DNA from: Pavona decussata
Taxonomy: Eukaryota
Reading direction: 5' to 3'
Length of the DNA stretch: 64,000 nucleotides
NCBI GenBank assembly: GCA_977016875.1
Contig: CDRNST010000214.1
Coordinates: forward strand, 4,216,001-4,280,000
Under the pieces are notes generated by a model. It was not told the DNA's origin and made no database searches. It saw nothing but the letters and a program-made list of their open reading frames with translations. Position 1 is the stretch's first letter; every line of letters starts with the position of its first letter. The translations under genes and the position numbers were made by a program. Positions 24,001 to 36,700 of this stretch are shown here, piece by piece.

Positions 24001-27000
24001 TTTGATCAATGCTAACGGAACGCTCGCCAAGATATTTCTTCCTGAATTTACATTCAATTAATTACAGAAACACGCAAATTATAATACGATTATCACTGAT
24101 GCGTGCTAGGGAAGGTTCTCTCGATTGTATGTTTAACACAGGAATTAAGGAGTGATTCTTTGCGTTAAAAGCGCCTCTCAGGGAAATTTCAATCCAATTG
24201 CAAGACCCGCAAAGTAGCTTTATCACTAGGCTGCTTACTTAATTTTTCGTTAGGTTATTATAAAACGCCCACTGTGAAGAAATTTTGTAATATTCTTATA
24301 ATAACTTTCAGAGCCGATCTTGAGGCTGTTATGTGGTTACCGCTCTTGAGTCTGTGGATAAAGTAATCCAGAACGAGACCGCTTTGATACATCGAGCAGT
24401 ACCAGTTTCATTTTCCAGTGCTGTTCGTTTCAAGTTATGTTTCACACAAAATTTGGAATGTTTTTCGTTTTGAGCTGGGGAGGTGATTAGTTTACTGAAA
24501 TGTGTTTTCAAACGGACGACTTGTGCAAGCTACAAGTCGATTTGATTTTTTTCCGTTTTTCGATGAGGAAAAGAGGAAAAACTGAACACGTCAAAGTCTC
24601 CTTGATCGGGGTAGAGATGGGTGGCTAAACGTAGCCTGTTTATGTTCATACATGCGAATAGCTTTCACCACAGCAAAGCAGTGCAATCAAATTGCCATGA
24701 AATACCCACGCAAATCGCCCGCATAGTAGATCTGAAATCTTAAAACATTAAACGCTGCAGAATTTGTCAAGTCATTAAACACCTTTGCTAAAATCGCACG
24801 ATAACCTATGTAAACGGCTCCCAAACAGTTTCCAAAGTAGGTTTTCAGTGGGATGTGTGAAATAACGCTGAAGGGATCGACAAAATGGGCCAACGGGATG
24901 AAACAGCTGTCCCGCGATCCCTGTCACTCACACCCGATTCTTATCAACGCAGGATCCCACGCGCGATCAAGATAAATGGGCAGGATGACGGGACGGGATA
25001 AGAATTAACAGCGGGAAGCTCGAGAGACTTCAGACAACTATGATCGAAACACCGTGTTACACATCCCCCAAAGGCATCTTTGTCACCCCAGCCGGAACGT
25101 GCTACCGATCATGAATTTGTAAATCGTAGTATCTAATCAAACAGTATGAACTCGACAATTACTCTGTACAACTCGGAGCTCATGGAGAACTTCTGTGTTT
25201 GCTCGTTTTACATAGAATTAGCTATGCACAGCATTAGAAGTTTGTTATGCATAGAATTAAAATCGGTCGCTCGTAACAATGCGATCACTCTTTGATCAAG
25301 AATTCGCTACATCCGGATTAGTTTAGTTTAGAGTTCGGAATATCGAATGGAGATTTGTCACCAAGGACCAACATATTTCATATCTTGTTGTCAGTCAAAA
25401 GAAGAACAGGCGTTTTGAAGTAGGAGAGGACAGAAAATTTAAAAGTGCACTTGAGGTGATCAAAGGGCTGCAGGGCCGGCGTTTCCAGAACCTTTCAACC
25501 TTCACGCCAATCAAAATGCAACCGAAATTTTTGTATAAAACCATAAAGTGTGCCAAACCAAAGATTTTGAGAAGTGGTTTCCTGTAGCTCTGTTGATATA
25601 ACGTTTGAGTTCGTGTGCAAACCCCAGTAAACTTTGACATTCAAGCCGGAAAGACGTTGAGTAGTACTTTTCCGTGGATTCAGTTTTGTCGGCAAGGTTT
25701 TTCCCACTTTTTGTGTCTTGAAGAAATGCAGAAGTAACCATTTGTATATATTTTTATATATTTCAATATGGTTCTGTTCACTGTTTTGTTCAAGGTGGTT
25801 CTCATTTGAAAAAATCCTGAATTGATGTCCAACTGAACGGACGCTATCTAGTGAGCGGAACTTTCCTGTGGTTCTGTATTGCTGTGCTGTAACAGGCTCA
25901 AACTCGGTAGAACAAATCCTAAAGCGTAACCATTCAAATGAAAGCTACTGAGCAGTTCATGTGATACTGTTTATTATCATGCACAAGGTGGTTCAAACTT
26001 TAGAATCTGTGAATGAAATCCTACAGTGTGTCCATTCAAATGAAACCTGTTATAAGCAATACTTTCGTACAGTCGTAATGCAGCTTATTTTGCAGTTCGA
26101 GATAGTTCTAACCTCACCGAGTCTGAATCAAATCCCAAATTGCGTCTAACCATTCAAATGAGAAGTACTTTCCCGCACTATGATGGAGCTCCTGTGTAAC
26201 CTGTAGAATGCTGAACTGGGTTGTTTTGTATAACTTTGAAGTCTGCAGATGAAACTCTTAAGTGTGTTGCGTAGTTCAAACTGAAAGTTGACATGGAAAG
26301 TACTTTTTGAAGCAGTCAGCTTTTCTGAGTGTCACTTTAAACAGCCACCAAACATATCAATTGGAAACGTCAAAATAATAGTTCCGTTTGGTTAGGAATC
26401 AGACAAACTAGGTTGCGGGTGGCTAGGACGAAAATGGATAAAAATATTGCAACTTGAAAACAATGGCCAATCTTCAATCGCTGTTAACTATGAATGGTGT
26501 GTTCTTACTTGAAGAAATCAAATGATGTTTTCTTCTTGGTGGTCTAAGAGCAATTTTGTTTAAACAAAGGTACTTTTGCCAAGAATTTGTGTAATTTGGA
26601 CAAAACATAGCAAAATCCCCGTAACAATGCCCCTTTAACGAAGTCATTATTTTCGGCTATAAATTTTACAAACTGAAGAAGGGAAAAAAGGAATTGACGC
26701 AATATTCTGACGAGTGGGTGATAATTAATTAAGCAGCCCAGACAGTACAGCTACACGTCCAAGCCGAATCGGTGCATGAATTTGATCTTTTTCTAAAGGT
26801 CAGTGGCTCAATTCCAACAATCATTCAATTGTCACTTACCGATATCCACCTTGGCCAGTAGCAGAATCCCAAGTCTTTCCACATATGCTCTACAGGGCAG
26901 TCTGATTTGTGAATAAGCCATTTCATCATATACCTCTCCATAAACAGAGATGGCTTGCCCAATTTAGGCACGGTCTCGTTCCTAATAACCTGCCGGAGAA

Positions 27001-27334
27001 AGTTTTTTTCGGAGGTGGTGATGCCACGCAAAGAAATTCGCCTCACGAATTTGTCCGATGCCTGCACGGGCTCCGTTATGGACAAGAATCTATCGTCAAT
27101 CTTCATTCCAAGACGTCTGCGAAGTCTTCTCTCGTTCAAATCTCGTTTGGTCGGCCTCTGAAGCTCTTCATCACAATCATCGATACTCTTAGGTTGTGTG
27201 TTATCCAGGGGATCATTAAGTAACTCGTGGCTGCTGCTTCGTACCGGCGTCAATGGGAAAAAGCACTGTGAAATTGTAGCCATATACAGCAGCAAGGCCG
27301 CTAATATGACCAGTGGTGACGATAATGTCTTCAT
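21067..27334 (-). CDS. NOG: Noggin-family (noggin-like) secreted cystine-knot protein, 256 aa, two exons
   Basis: Exon 1 (26840-27334) has a signal peptide MKTLSSPLVILAALLLYMATISQC, then PTKRDLNERRLRRRLG..DDRFLSITEP and WL..SDCPVEHMWKDLG.YWPRWIS. It joins through a phase-0 GT-AG intron (21343-26839) to exon 2 (21067-21342): FGRCVKKQCSWPHGMSCVPS...LLRWHC...CRWLRFSYPVVHQCECNC...stop. The nine-Cys noggin pattern is present. The symbol denotes the family; exact orthology (noggin vs noggin-like) is not resolved. Confidence 0.92.
25780..26330 (+). repeat. Degenerate ~100-bp tandem/dispersed repeat (CCATTCAAATGAAAGCTACTGAGCAGTACTTT family)
   Basis: Several decayed head-to-tail units in the noggin intron. 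Inverted relatives at ~39830-39925, ~40240-40345 and ~58500-58595. Confidence 0.65.
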
Positions 27335-27349
27335 GGCTTTTGCCTAATC

Positions 27350-27386
27350 AACTGACTCGCTGTCGTAAGCCCCGTTTGCTTTTATA
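27350..27386 (-). promoter_or_regulatory. Core promoter of the noggin-like gene: TATA box + initiator
   Basis: Minus-strand TATAAAA at 27386-27380 and TCAGTT (Inr-like) at 27355-27350, about 33 nt apart. The ATG at 27334 has the context aaaagccATG, implying a 5' UTR of about 20 nt. Confidence 0.6.
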
Positions 27387-30095
27387 GCTGACTAATGTTG
27401 TGTTTACCACGTACACCCACTGAACGCTTCGCCAAGACACTGAGGACTAATGACATTTGGCGCGACGCGCGACGTAAAAATTAGCGACTGACTTTTCTCC
27501 CATTACACATGCCTGCCAGCCAATACCGATATATATTGACCTAGGGTTAAATAAGATTCTTGGCACTGTAATGAAGCACAGGTATTTCCCTGAAAAGGAA
27601 CGAAATTGGTTTGAACGAAATGAAAACGTAGCAGACAGAGCAGTCGCGTTTGAGTTTGAGACGATTAACAGAAAAAAAGCTTTGGCTATGCGGTATTTTT
27701 TCAGACAACAGGCTAAGCCCTAAGGCATTGCTACGTTCACGTTGTGTGCTTTGTAAATAGCCACTCTCATTAGCAGACGTCGAGTAAACTAAACAAAAAA
27801 TGCGATTATTTTTAGTCTCATGCAAAGCAAAAGCCTTTTGTCGTATTTCTTTTTTTTTTTTTTACTTTATTTAAACTGACTAACTACATTTTACATCTCG
27901 AGGTCCTTTGCCCCACCAATCAGTAATGCATCATTCTCTAATACTCCAAATTTCAATGACAGGTAGATTGGAGAAGCATATCCCAACTCGATGATATTAT
28001 TGGGGCCTAGCTGTCGCTTTTCAGTGGTAATCATTTTGCACTTAACATGATTTCCTGTGGGTATCCACAGATGATTCCTCTCTTACATGTTACAGTATTA
28101 GCTTGCGAACGTTAGCTAGCCGTAATACAATATAAAGACTCAACAGTGAAAGATCGCATTGTCCCGGTTTTTTCCTAGCAGACATGAATAACCCTTTTAG
28201 CCGGACATCTTGTTAATTGCCGTGAAGACAACACAAAACTGCTTTACCCACGCGGAGATGTAAAGTAGCAGGAAATCACTGATTCCTAGCGGATAATATC
28301 TATTAATACTCTAGTTATGCTCACTTATGTTTAAACAGAGCAGAGGAAAAATCCGAGGATATGATATATCAGTACCAAAAGATATTGTTCCCATGGAATG
28401 TAATAAAATTCTTAAAAATTAACTACTATTTTATCGACCCATGAGGTAGTGATTCAATAATCAATAATTCAATAATGAAAGTCAAAGAAAGCTGAACGGC
28501 TTTCAAAGGATCTTTTGAACTTGGAATATTTTGGTTTAAAACCGATATTAGTGCATTCCAGTGCAGGTTTAGCATTTCTTAAAAAAACTTACGAAAACCA
28601 ACGAGAAATGTTACACTTTGTTATTGTTGAGATATCACAAGGGATGAACGCTAACGATACTTACTAATACCTTGAAAATCCAATTTGAGCACGTACGTAG
28701 AGGCAGCATCGCGTTTCGTGATAAAAACATTTGCCAATTATAGACGTACTTAAAATAAACAGGATTAACTCGTTTCAGAAAAAAGGCGGGGTCTCAGCCT
28801 TGCTCCTAGATCCTCACAGTACAAAGTGGTTGTTTAATTGGCTTCCCGCCAGATCGCTTCGTAGGCCGCGCGCCTAAGGGGCAAAACGCTTTCCTTGCTG
28901 TAACACGTACCATCAAACTATGGTATAAAAAACAACGCTCTTCGGAGTTTTGACTGGGGGATAATGAGGGAAAAATACCTTCACAGGAAGCCGGCACAAG
29001 ATAAGAAACATCTTGCCTCTGTTTAGTCTGAATGCCTGAATGAAAGCAATGTCCGTCCTTATGTCTCTAAAGGGCTATTGACGCAGGAGTAAAACTCAGA
29101 CGATCCCTCTGATTATGATTATGGACGTGTCTGAAGTGTCCCTGGACTTATTTGTGTCTAGAAGCACGGAAACATTGGCGTGTGAAGTTATCCCAAACCG
29201 ATTATCAACGCTATTTGTCGTATACGCACGACTGTTTCGTTCCGTAAAGGGAATTTTAGATTTGACAAAGAGTACAATTAATTTTCAGTTGTCAAATCAT
29301 TCTCGTTCTTAGGAGTCTCCTTATATCAGGGACCATTAGATTTGCTAGTTACGAGTACAAGACTGAGGGCGAATTCCAAATTTCAAACCCGTCACATCAC
29401 CAGAACCCTCTCGCTCTTCCCTATTGCATACCAGCAGATAAGGAGACTCCAGAAACAAGATTGGTGTGACAAGTGATTGTCTAAGACAGGCAAACTAGAT
29501 CTGAAATTAAAAGTCGCACTCAAATCTCATTTGCAGAGGTTGAGCTTCCACGGAAAATGCTCGGGTGAAAGAGACGGATGGTTCAGCTGATTGGTCGCCT
29601 GCACTTAATTTATTGAGCAGATTCTCGCCTTCCCCAACCTTGGCAGAGAAAAGGAGAGAGGTACGATTGACAAGGGCAAACCAAAAAATGCATCTAAACA
29701 TGACATAAAGAAGTGACGTTTTCAGACGCAGTCTTCATCTTTGCAATTTCGAGAAGCTCAAGGTCCTTCATCCTCCACCCTCTGGAGCGGGGCGGGGGGG
29801 GGGGGGGAGATGAAAGATAACGAGGCTGGAGGGAGCAACGCATGCGCAGCGCGCCGTTTCACGGATTCAGCAGCACGAAGCAACTACCTACCCCATTCCC
29901 CTCCCCGCCACCGCCCCCTCCCCACCCCACTTTTAAAAGATATTTTATCGAATGGTTAAATTAGCGTCCTGCTACACATTTGAAAAGGTAAGAGACAATG
30001 TGGATCAAAGTATGTCAATCAAAGTATGGCAAAATTTAACGACAAGAACCATGATAACAAGCCTTACCACAGTTTGTTATGAAACGAACCTAACA

Positions 30096-30146
30096 AGCAA
30101 ACAAAAACAAACAAACAAACAAACAAACAAACAAACACAAACACAA
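30096..30146. repeat. (CAAA)n microsatellite
   Basis: Direct reading. Similar tracts at ~4376-4400 and ~32921-32940; (AAC)n at ~38809-38834; poly-A at ~34108-34140. Confidence 0.8.
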
Positions 30147-30721
30147 TCAAATGAACAAAGTAGGACGTTACTGTAATCAATTTCGTTTATAATTATTGCA
30201 GAGCCGTTCAAACTAAAAGGAACAATATCGTTTCAGGCTTTTTCTTTATTATCAAGAAAGTGAGTAACCTGGATAAAGCGCCCAATGAAATATTTGGAAG
30301 TCTTTAGTACAAAGAAAACCTCAAGAAAAATCATGGGCTTTGATTGGTTCCCCACTACCAAGCAATGGTTCATTTTCGTGCAACTTTGGTGGTAAAAAGA
30401 AAGCAGAGTTCTTTGGCCGGAATCCTTCTCTTAATAAATAAATGCCGATTTCTTATTGAAAATCAAGGGTTGGCTACCTTAACAACAAAATAAATCTCGT
30501 TATACACGAGTTCATGGCACCCGACTTGATTCCGATTTGTGGTCAGGACTGTCTTGTACAGATCTCTTCATCAGCTTATTAGTATTGTCCTGAACTGAAC
30601 TGCACTAAAATTACGTACCACTCAATTTCGTAAAATATCTAAAATAAAGGACCTTGAAGCTTGTTACACTGGGCAGCACTGCAGCCTCCAACGAAGCACA
30701 ACGACAAACTCTTTCTCCATT

Positions 30722-33700
30722 CTATACTCGCCCCGCCTGAAGCAAAGAGTAGAGACCAACAAACTGCTCGGTATATTCTCCGTCAAGACACTTTGTAGCT
30801 CGCCAGTAAAGCTCCCCAGCGCTGCCCGTCTTGCCACTGGGATTCTCAAGTTCAAAGCGAATGTAGTCCAACCACAGATCTGATGAGAATAAAAGGAAAA
30901 GACGGCGAGCAATGAGTCTGTGTCATCCTTTAAAAAGATAGCAAGGCGGAATGAAATAGCCCTTGTCAGTGTACAAAGAAAGTGGTTTTTTTGTGGATTT
31001 TCCTTCCTTTTGTACTCGCGAAGGCGGGACCAACCACTGGCTATAATTTGTTTGTTTACCAAAACAAAATTCCGCTCGTATCTGTATGGGGCCAATCCCA
31101 GAGATTTTTTTTCTGGCGGCCCTCAACTGAATAATATGGTATAGCCTGTGCACAGCCGTCAGCTCCTCGAGAAAAACCCGAGACAAGCGCGCTGTACGAT
31201 TTTTTTTCTTGGGCAGCGGACGACTATAAACAAGCAAAACTTGGCGTCACAAAATTGCGCATTCAAAAATAGCAAGTAGCCGGAGGGTGAAGTGCTGGTT
31301 CATTACAAAGTGCAGCATATGAGTTGAGCTCGTTACTTCATCAAGAGTTCCCATAAGGCCATCCCCATTTTTCTCCGTTAACCGAATGTCCGTGACTCGT
31401 CCCCGCGCGAGGAAAACGTGAGCACGGAGAATGACGGGAAGTAACCCCACGCGGGCACCAGCTCCTCGTGAAGGACAAGCGAGACGACTGGGAACAACTC
31501 AAAAGTTGTTACACTTAGGAGTGGCGTACAAGTTAAGAAAGAAAATGAAAAATTCATCGTCGTGCGTTCACGTTCTCCACAAAATTTTAAATGTGGTCAT
31601 TTCACGTTGTTGTTTTGCAGAGGACCACAAAGGAATGTACCAAAATGTAAAACGCACGTGCAGAGCGATTGTTTTTGCTCATTAAACAAACCTATTGTTT
31701 TGCGGCGTTGTCGTTGCCGTCGCCGTCGTCGTTACTTAAGCTCCCTAATAAATAAAGGGAGGAAATAGAAACCAGGAGGTTTAACCGAGCTCGTGGAAAA
31801 CCGTGTGCGATATTCTATAGCGTTAACTCCCGTTATAAGGGACACCTTTGACCCTTTTTTTCCCTGTTTTGTGGACGTTAAGGAGTTTTTCAAGGACAGG
31901 ATTTCGCCTTCGTGAGCGAATGAATGACATAAAAGGGGATTCAAAAGAGTTTTCGAAGGTGTAATATTTCTATGTTTGTAAAGCTTGAACAGCTGTTGAC
32001 TGAAGCTGAAAATATTAGTCCTCGAGGAGAAGCGTAGTTGAGTGGTTAAAACTTTTTGGCCTCGGGGGGGGGGGGGGGGGATTTGAACATGCCTCGAGCA
32101 CATGGGCCCCACAACAGTTGAGAAAAAGAAATCAATTAATAAAATTATCAGCTTACGTTGTTCATTTCCTGTGGTTTTTCGTTGTGTACATGTGCATCCA
32201 ATTTGATTGACGCGACAGCACTGTATTCGTGTACTGAGCTGGTTTTTGCGCGAGCGTATCTGAGTTATCCTGATCAAATATATCATAAACTCAACGAGAA
32301 AGCAACTCTTCCACGAAACCGTCTAAACACACTTCAGTTACACGATCGCTTTGAATTCGTTCCTCTTCACCTCTTTGAAATCAAAATTGACTCAAACTAA
32401 AGCTGGAGAACTCCTGAAAAGATTGGGAAATGCTTCCTAGGCAGAATTTCAAGTCACTTCAAGGGACACATCTTGGTGTTTTTCGTCACATCTGCGGCCA
32501 AATACCACAGCGCAGACGCGTCAGGTTTACGCGCCATGAAGTGCAAAATTTTGTCTGTCCTCCCCCCCCCCCTCCCCTTTCTCCAAAGACGTTTTCTTTG
32601 TTTCACATGACAAATTCAGCAAGAAGAAAAGTAATTTATTTTAACTGACACTAATGCTCAGACTTATGTTGTTCAGATTAGTCGGGCATTATTAAAAGAA
32701 GATTCTGTGCGGATTGTGGGCCATATCCGATTGTCTTTTGTTTGATCAAGCTTTGTGTGCTCATGTTTACCCACGGCTGTTGAGATAATTTGTTGATAAT
32801 GTGTCAATCGAGGGGATTCTTCAGGACAAAATTTGTCGGTAACTTTGTTTTATAAGATTCACGAGTGAAAGAAGAATTTGGATAGAGTACAGTAACAAAC
32901 GCAGTAAAAACCAACCAACCGAACAAACAAACAAACAAAAGCAAAAACATTTGAACTGTGTTAAATGCTCGACTCAGTGAGTTGGCGCTAGGTGTCCGCT
33001 ATAACGATGCGTAGAGATAGTTTGTCTAAGTAAAACGTCTGTGACGGTTGCCGAGGCTTCACTCGCTTGCTGAATAGCTCTGAGCTTATTTTGAGAGACA
33101 CTATAATTACTATTAGTATATCTCTCTTGTTTGGTCAAAAACGGCCAAACTTCACTTTGAGTCGACCGAACGACGGTCGACTCAAAGTTTTTAGCAACCA
33201 GTAACTGAATAAGTCTTTAGCAATTTCTCCAAAATACAAAGGAAGAACTTGAAAAAATTGGCTATTTTTTCAAGTTGTAATCCATTTCCATCCAAGTCAT
33301 CCGCAGCAAAAGATAATAACTACTAGCTTGTGTATACTTGTAGGGTAATTGTTAACATTACTAAATTGTCATTTTAACATTTCCATCGATACAAATTTGC
33401 TCTTTTTTTGCTATTCAATGGCATACTAAATATCGGTGACATTGCTTTTTAAGGACGGTGCCTCCAGATAACTGAAGAGATTATTTTGCGCAGTTGCTTA
33501 CTATATGGGAAAATCAAAGCAGATCTTAGCAAGGGATATTGCAGTCCAATAAGAAACATTGGGGATAACCACACATTCTTCCGTCAGGGATAATTAAACA
33601 ACACTGATTCTAAAAAGCTTTAAAATACATAACAATGCCTGGAATTTTTTCCAAACTGAAACTAAATTATCTCTGAACAATGCGTGGTTACCTCCAATCA

Positions 33701-36700
33701 ATAGCCTTTGCTATGATCTGCTTTTCCCGTATGTTCAAAAACCGCACAAAAACATACCTTTGTTTGAGTTGGCACCGTCCGAGTTTCTTGGACCATTCCA
33801 AGATGCGCAGACGGTGTGCGCAATAGCAAAAGGAGACAGTCCTTGCGTAATCAACGATAGCACCACTTAAAAAAGGTTAAGTGAAATGGGAGAATGAAGC
33901 ATAACTAATCCGATTACAACTGGCACCCGCGAATTTGTGGCATGACGGAGATAAGATTAGGCTCGCTAAAAATATTATTTTTGTTGTAACAAAGGGCGAC
34001 TGACCTTGTAAGTAATACAAATGTTTAACGGCGTTAATCGGCTTTGTTAGAAAACGGCTAAAACGAAAGAATGAAAAACAACAAAAAAAAAAAATACAAA
34101 AAAACCTCAAAAAAAAAAAAAAAAAAAAAAAAAAAAGAAAACCGGAAAAAAAGATATCAAGGTGAAATACCTGACGTGAAAATAGCGACAGCTTTTGAAT
34201 GTGTGCATGTTTAACACTGTATGTGATTGGAATGAAAATCTCGGTTTAAGCACTATCTCTTTCAGCCTTTAGCAAGTAATTTCTCGAGGAACAGCGTGTT
34301 TTTCAAAAATTTTCCAACGATCTCGGGAGTTAGAGCCATGTGTCTTCCTTTTCATATTTCTTGCGATTCATTTTAAGTGAAGTTTAAGTAAGTGCTAGTG
34401 ACGAAGTTCAAACTATAAGCTGGTTAGTAACTTTCCGCTTCTCCAGGTCAAAGTGTAAGAACGCCCATTCGCATTACGACGATGTTGAACAATACTTTCC
34501 TGTGGTATTGTTCGATTTTTCATTTTCCCACGTAGAAATGCAGAAAATTTATCCAATTTGATTCTCTTAAAAGGTCAATTGTGTTTAATTCTTAACGCGT
34601 CAAGGTAGAGATTTGGCTCAGCCTTGGCTTATGTGAAATAAGTCTGTTTTGACTACAGTATGGTGTGAATTTTTTTGGGATTTTAATTTTTGTGATTTTC
34701 TACGATCCACAAACCAAAAAGATTCCTTGAGAAATAATATAGCATTTAATCAAAACAAACTGTTGCAAAAAAAATCGCACTTTCACAAACAAATATAGCG
34801 TTTTTAAGAACTACTTCAAGCGAAAAAGCTGAACAAAGTTTCGATATCATAAACTTATAACTATCGACACACTATTTGACTTTCACTTTTAATATTGTTT
34901 GTTCTTCCAAAATGAAGAGTTTAACAATTCCTCTTTTATTTTACTGACTCCAGCGTGTAAAATCGTCTTGTTTACTGAAATCAGAAATAAAGCGTTCGAG
35001 GGTCAAGTTGTTTATTATCAGTTGGAAGGAATGAGAAAAATCACCGGTCTTTTTAAAGATAAAAGGGATGCCGAAATAACTTTCTATTAAGGGATAATAA
35101 ACATATTGTTGGTTTTTCTATTAAAAGGATCTTTAGACGGAAGCAAGATTAATTATAGAAATTAATGAAATACGAAAATCCCTCTTGGCGGTTACAAGGA
35201 TTTATTTTATTGACTAATGTTTCGCCGTCCGCCTTAAATCTTGTGGGGTTCACCTAACTCTCTCTGCGAGAACGAGAAAAAAAGAATAAATTATTTTTCT
35301 TGCCCAGAAAAACATGCCGGGGATGTTAAAATAGCTTCAATACACAAAAACATTGAAAACCTGGTCTTCACTGCTGTTTATGGTTCACAAGCAGACGAGA
35401 CAGGAAGCGTTTGGCAGCAGCCGGCACACTGTATTTGCAAATATAGACGGCGCTTAAAAATGATGCCAAAGAATACATCTTAAACAAAATATTCTAGAAA
35501 TATTTTACAAATCTACAAGAACGCTCTATCGAGTTGGGTTTCATCCACAGTGCCAGAGATTGTGACTACATCACACGAATCAAGCTTTTAAACTGACAAA
35601 AACAATGAGTCTGTGACCGCAATAACTGTCATGTAACCCAGCGTATTTTTACTTTAATTCTCTTGTTCCCATTCATTCACCTGGATGGAGAGTCCGTGAG
35701 TAGAGGGGAAAGAAGGGCATTTTTTCCACCAACATATATTACTTGCCGTAACCAGGTTCATCCCCATTCATACCCAATCCCTTTAAATATCCCCCAACTA
35801 GGACCGGTAAAACGGCAAAAATCTATCAATTGTCTGGGCGCGGCATATACCAGAGTTTTGCAGTTGTGTTAGCACCTCTCCCCACCATTGCAGGCAATTA
35901 GTGAAAGCTAAGTTGCTATTACTTCAATTAAAGTTCAAGTTAAAATCAGACCAAACGGTTAAAATCTAAAACTCCACACCATATGTTAGCCTCGATCGAC
36001 TAAAAAACCGAACCCACTGGTGCCTTATACACTTATATATCCTTTTGCTCTAGCTCAGCCACTCTCCCCCACCCCAACCACTCTAAGGTTTCGCACCTTA
36101 CAACCATGAATTATTCTAGAAATTGGCTTTCCAAATCCCTTTAGGCTCCTTCAGCGATTTTAGAGAGCCCCGAGATATTTCAGTTTCTCATACAGAACAT
36201 AAGGACTGACCATAAATTGATGGTGTAAATTAATATTTTTAGATAATGCTCAGGAACTTTGTACAAGTTGTTTGATGGGAGATTGGAATTGTAGTGTAGC
36301 ATTTTCAGGTGTGTAGAGACCATATAACCCGCATGTTCGCAAAACGTCTTCATTTATCAGATCTCTCTGTAATAGGAACGTAGCACTCTTTGGTGAAATC
36401 TGCGCGCCACATCTGACGCTGTATTGCAGATTATATGCTCCAATCTATTTTTACTAGCGTAGTCTTTAGAATAAACCCTACAGAACGTGGCTCAGAAGTC
36501 TCTTCCACTCATCACACTTCTTACAGGAAGTGATCACGACAAAGGAAGGAAGCCGCGCCTACTTCTGGCATCAAGCTTGGTTCCCACTAGGGACATAACG
36601 ATCACAATCATAATCAAAGGGCAGTCAGTTTATGTCGCTTATGTCTTAGTGAGGACGCTTCAAAACATAAGTCAAACGGCGCTTATGATCGACATAATCA

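Noticed and set aside
30664-31095. 143-aa minus-strand ORF as a separate gene
   Set aside because: It overlaps the last UTP6 exon (30722-30879) in a different frame and has no recognisable protein features.
31732-32286. 184-aa ORF nested in the last UTP6 intron
   Set aside because: It crosses a poly-G tract and a MITE end, and has no recognisable domain or convincing splice structure.
36420-36516. Box C/D snoRNA candidate (GTGATGA on the minus strand) in a UTP6 intron
   Set aside because: No terminal D box with a closing stem at a suitable distance.
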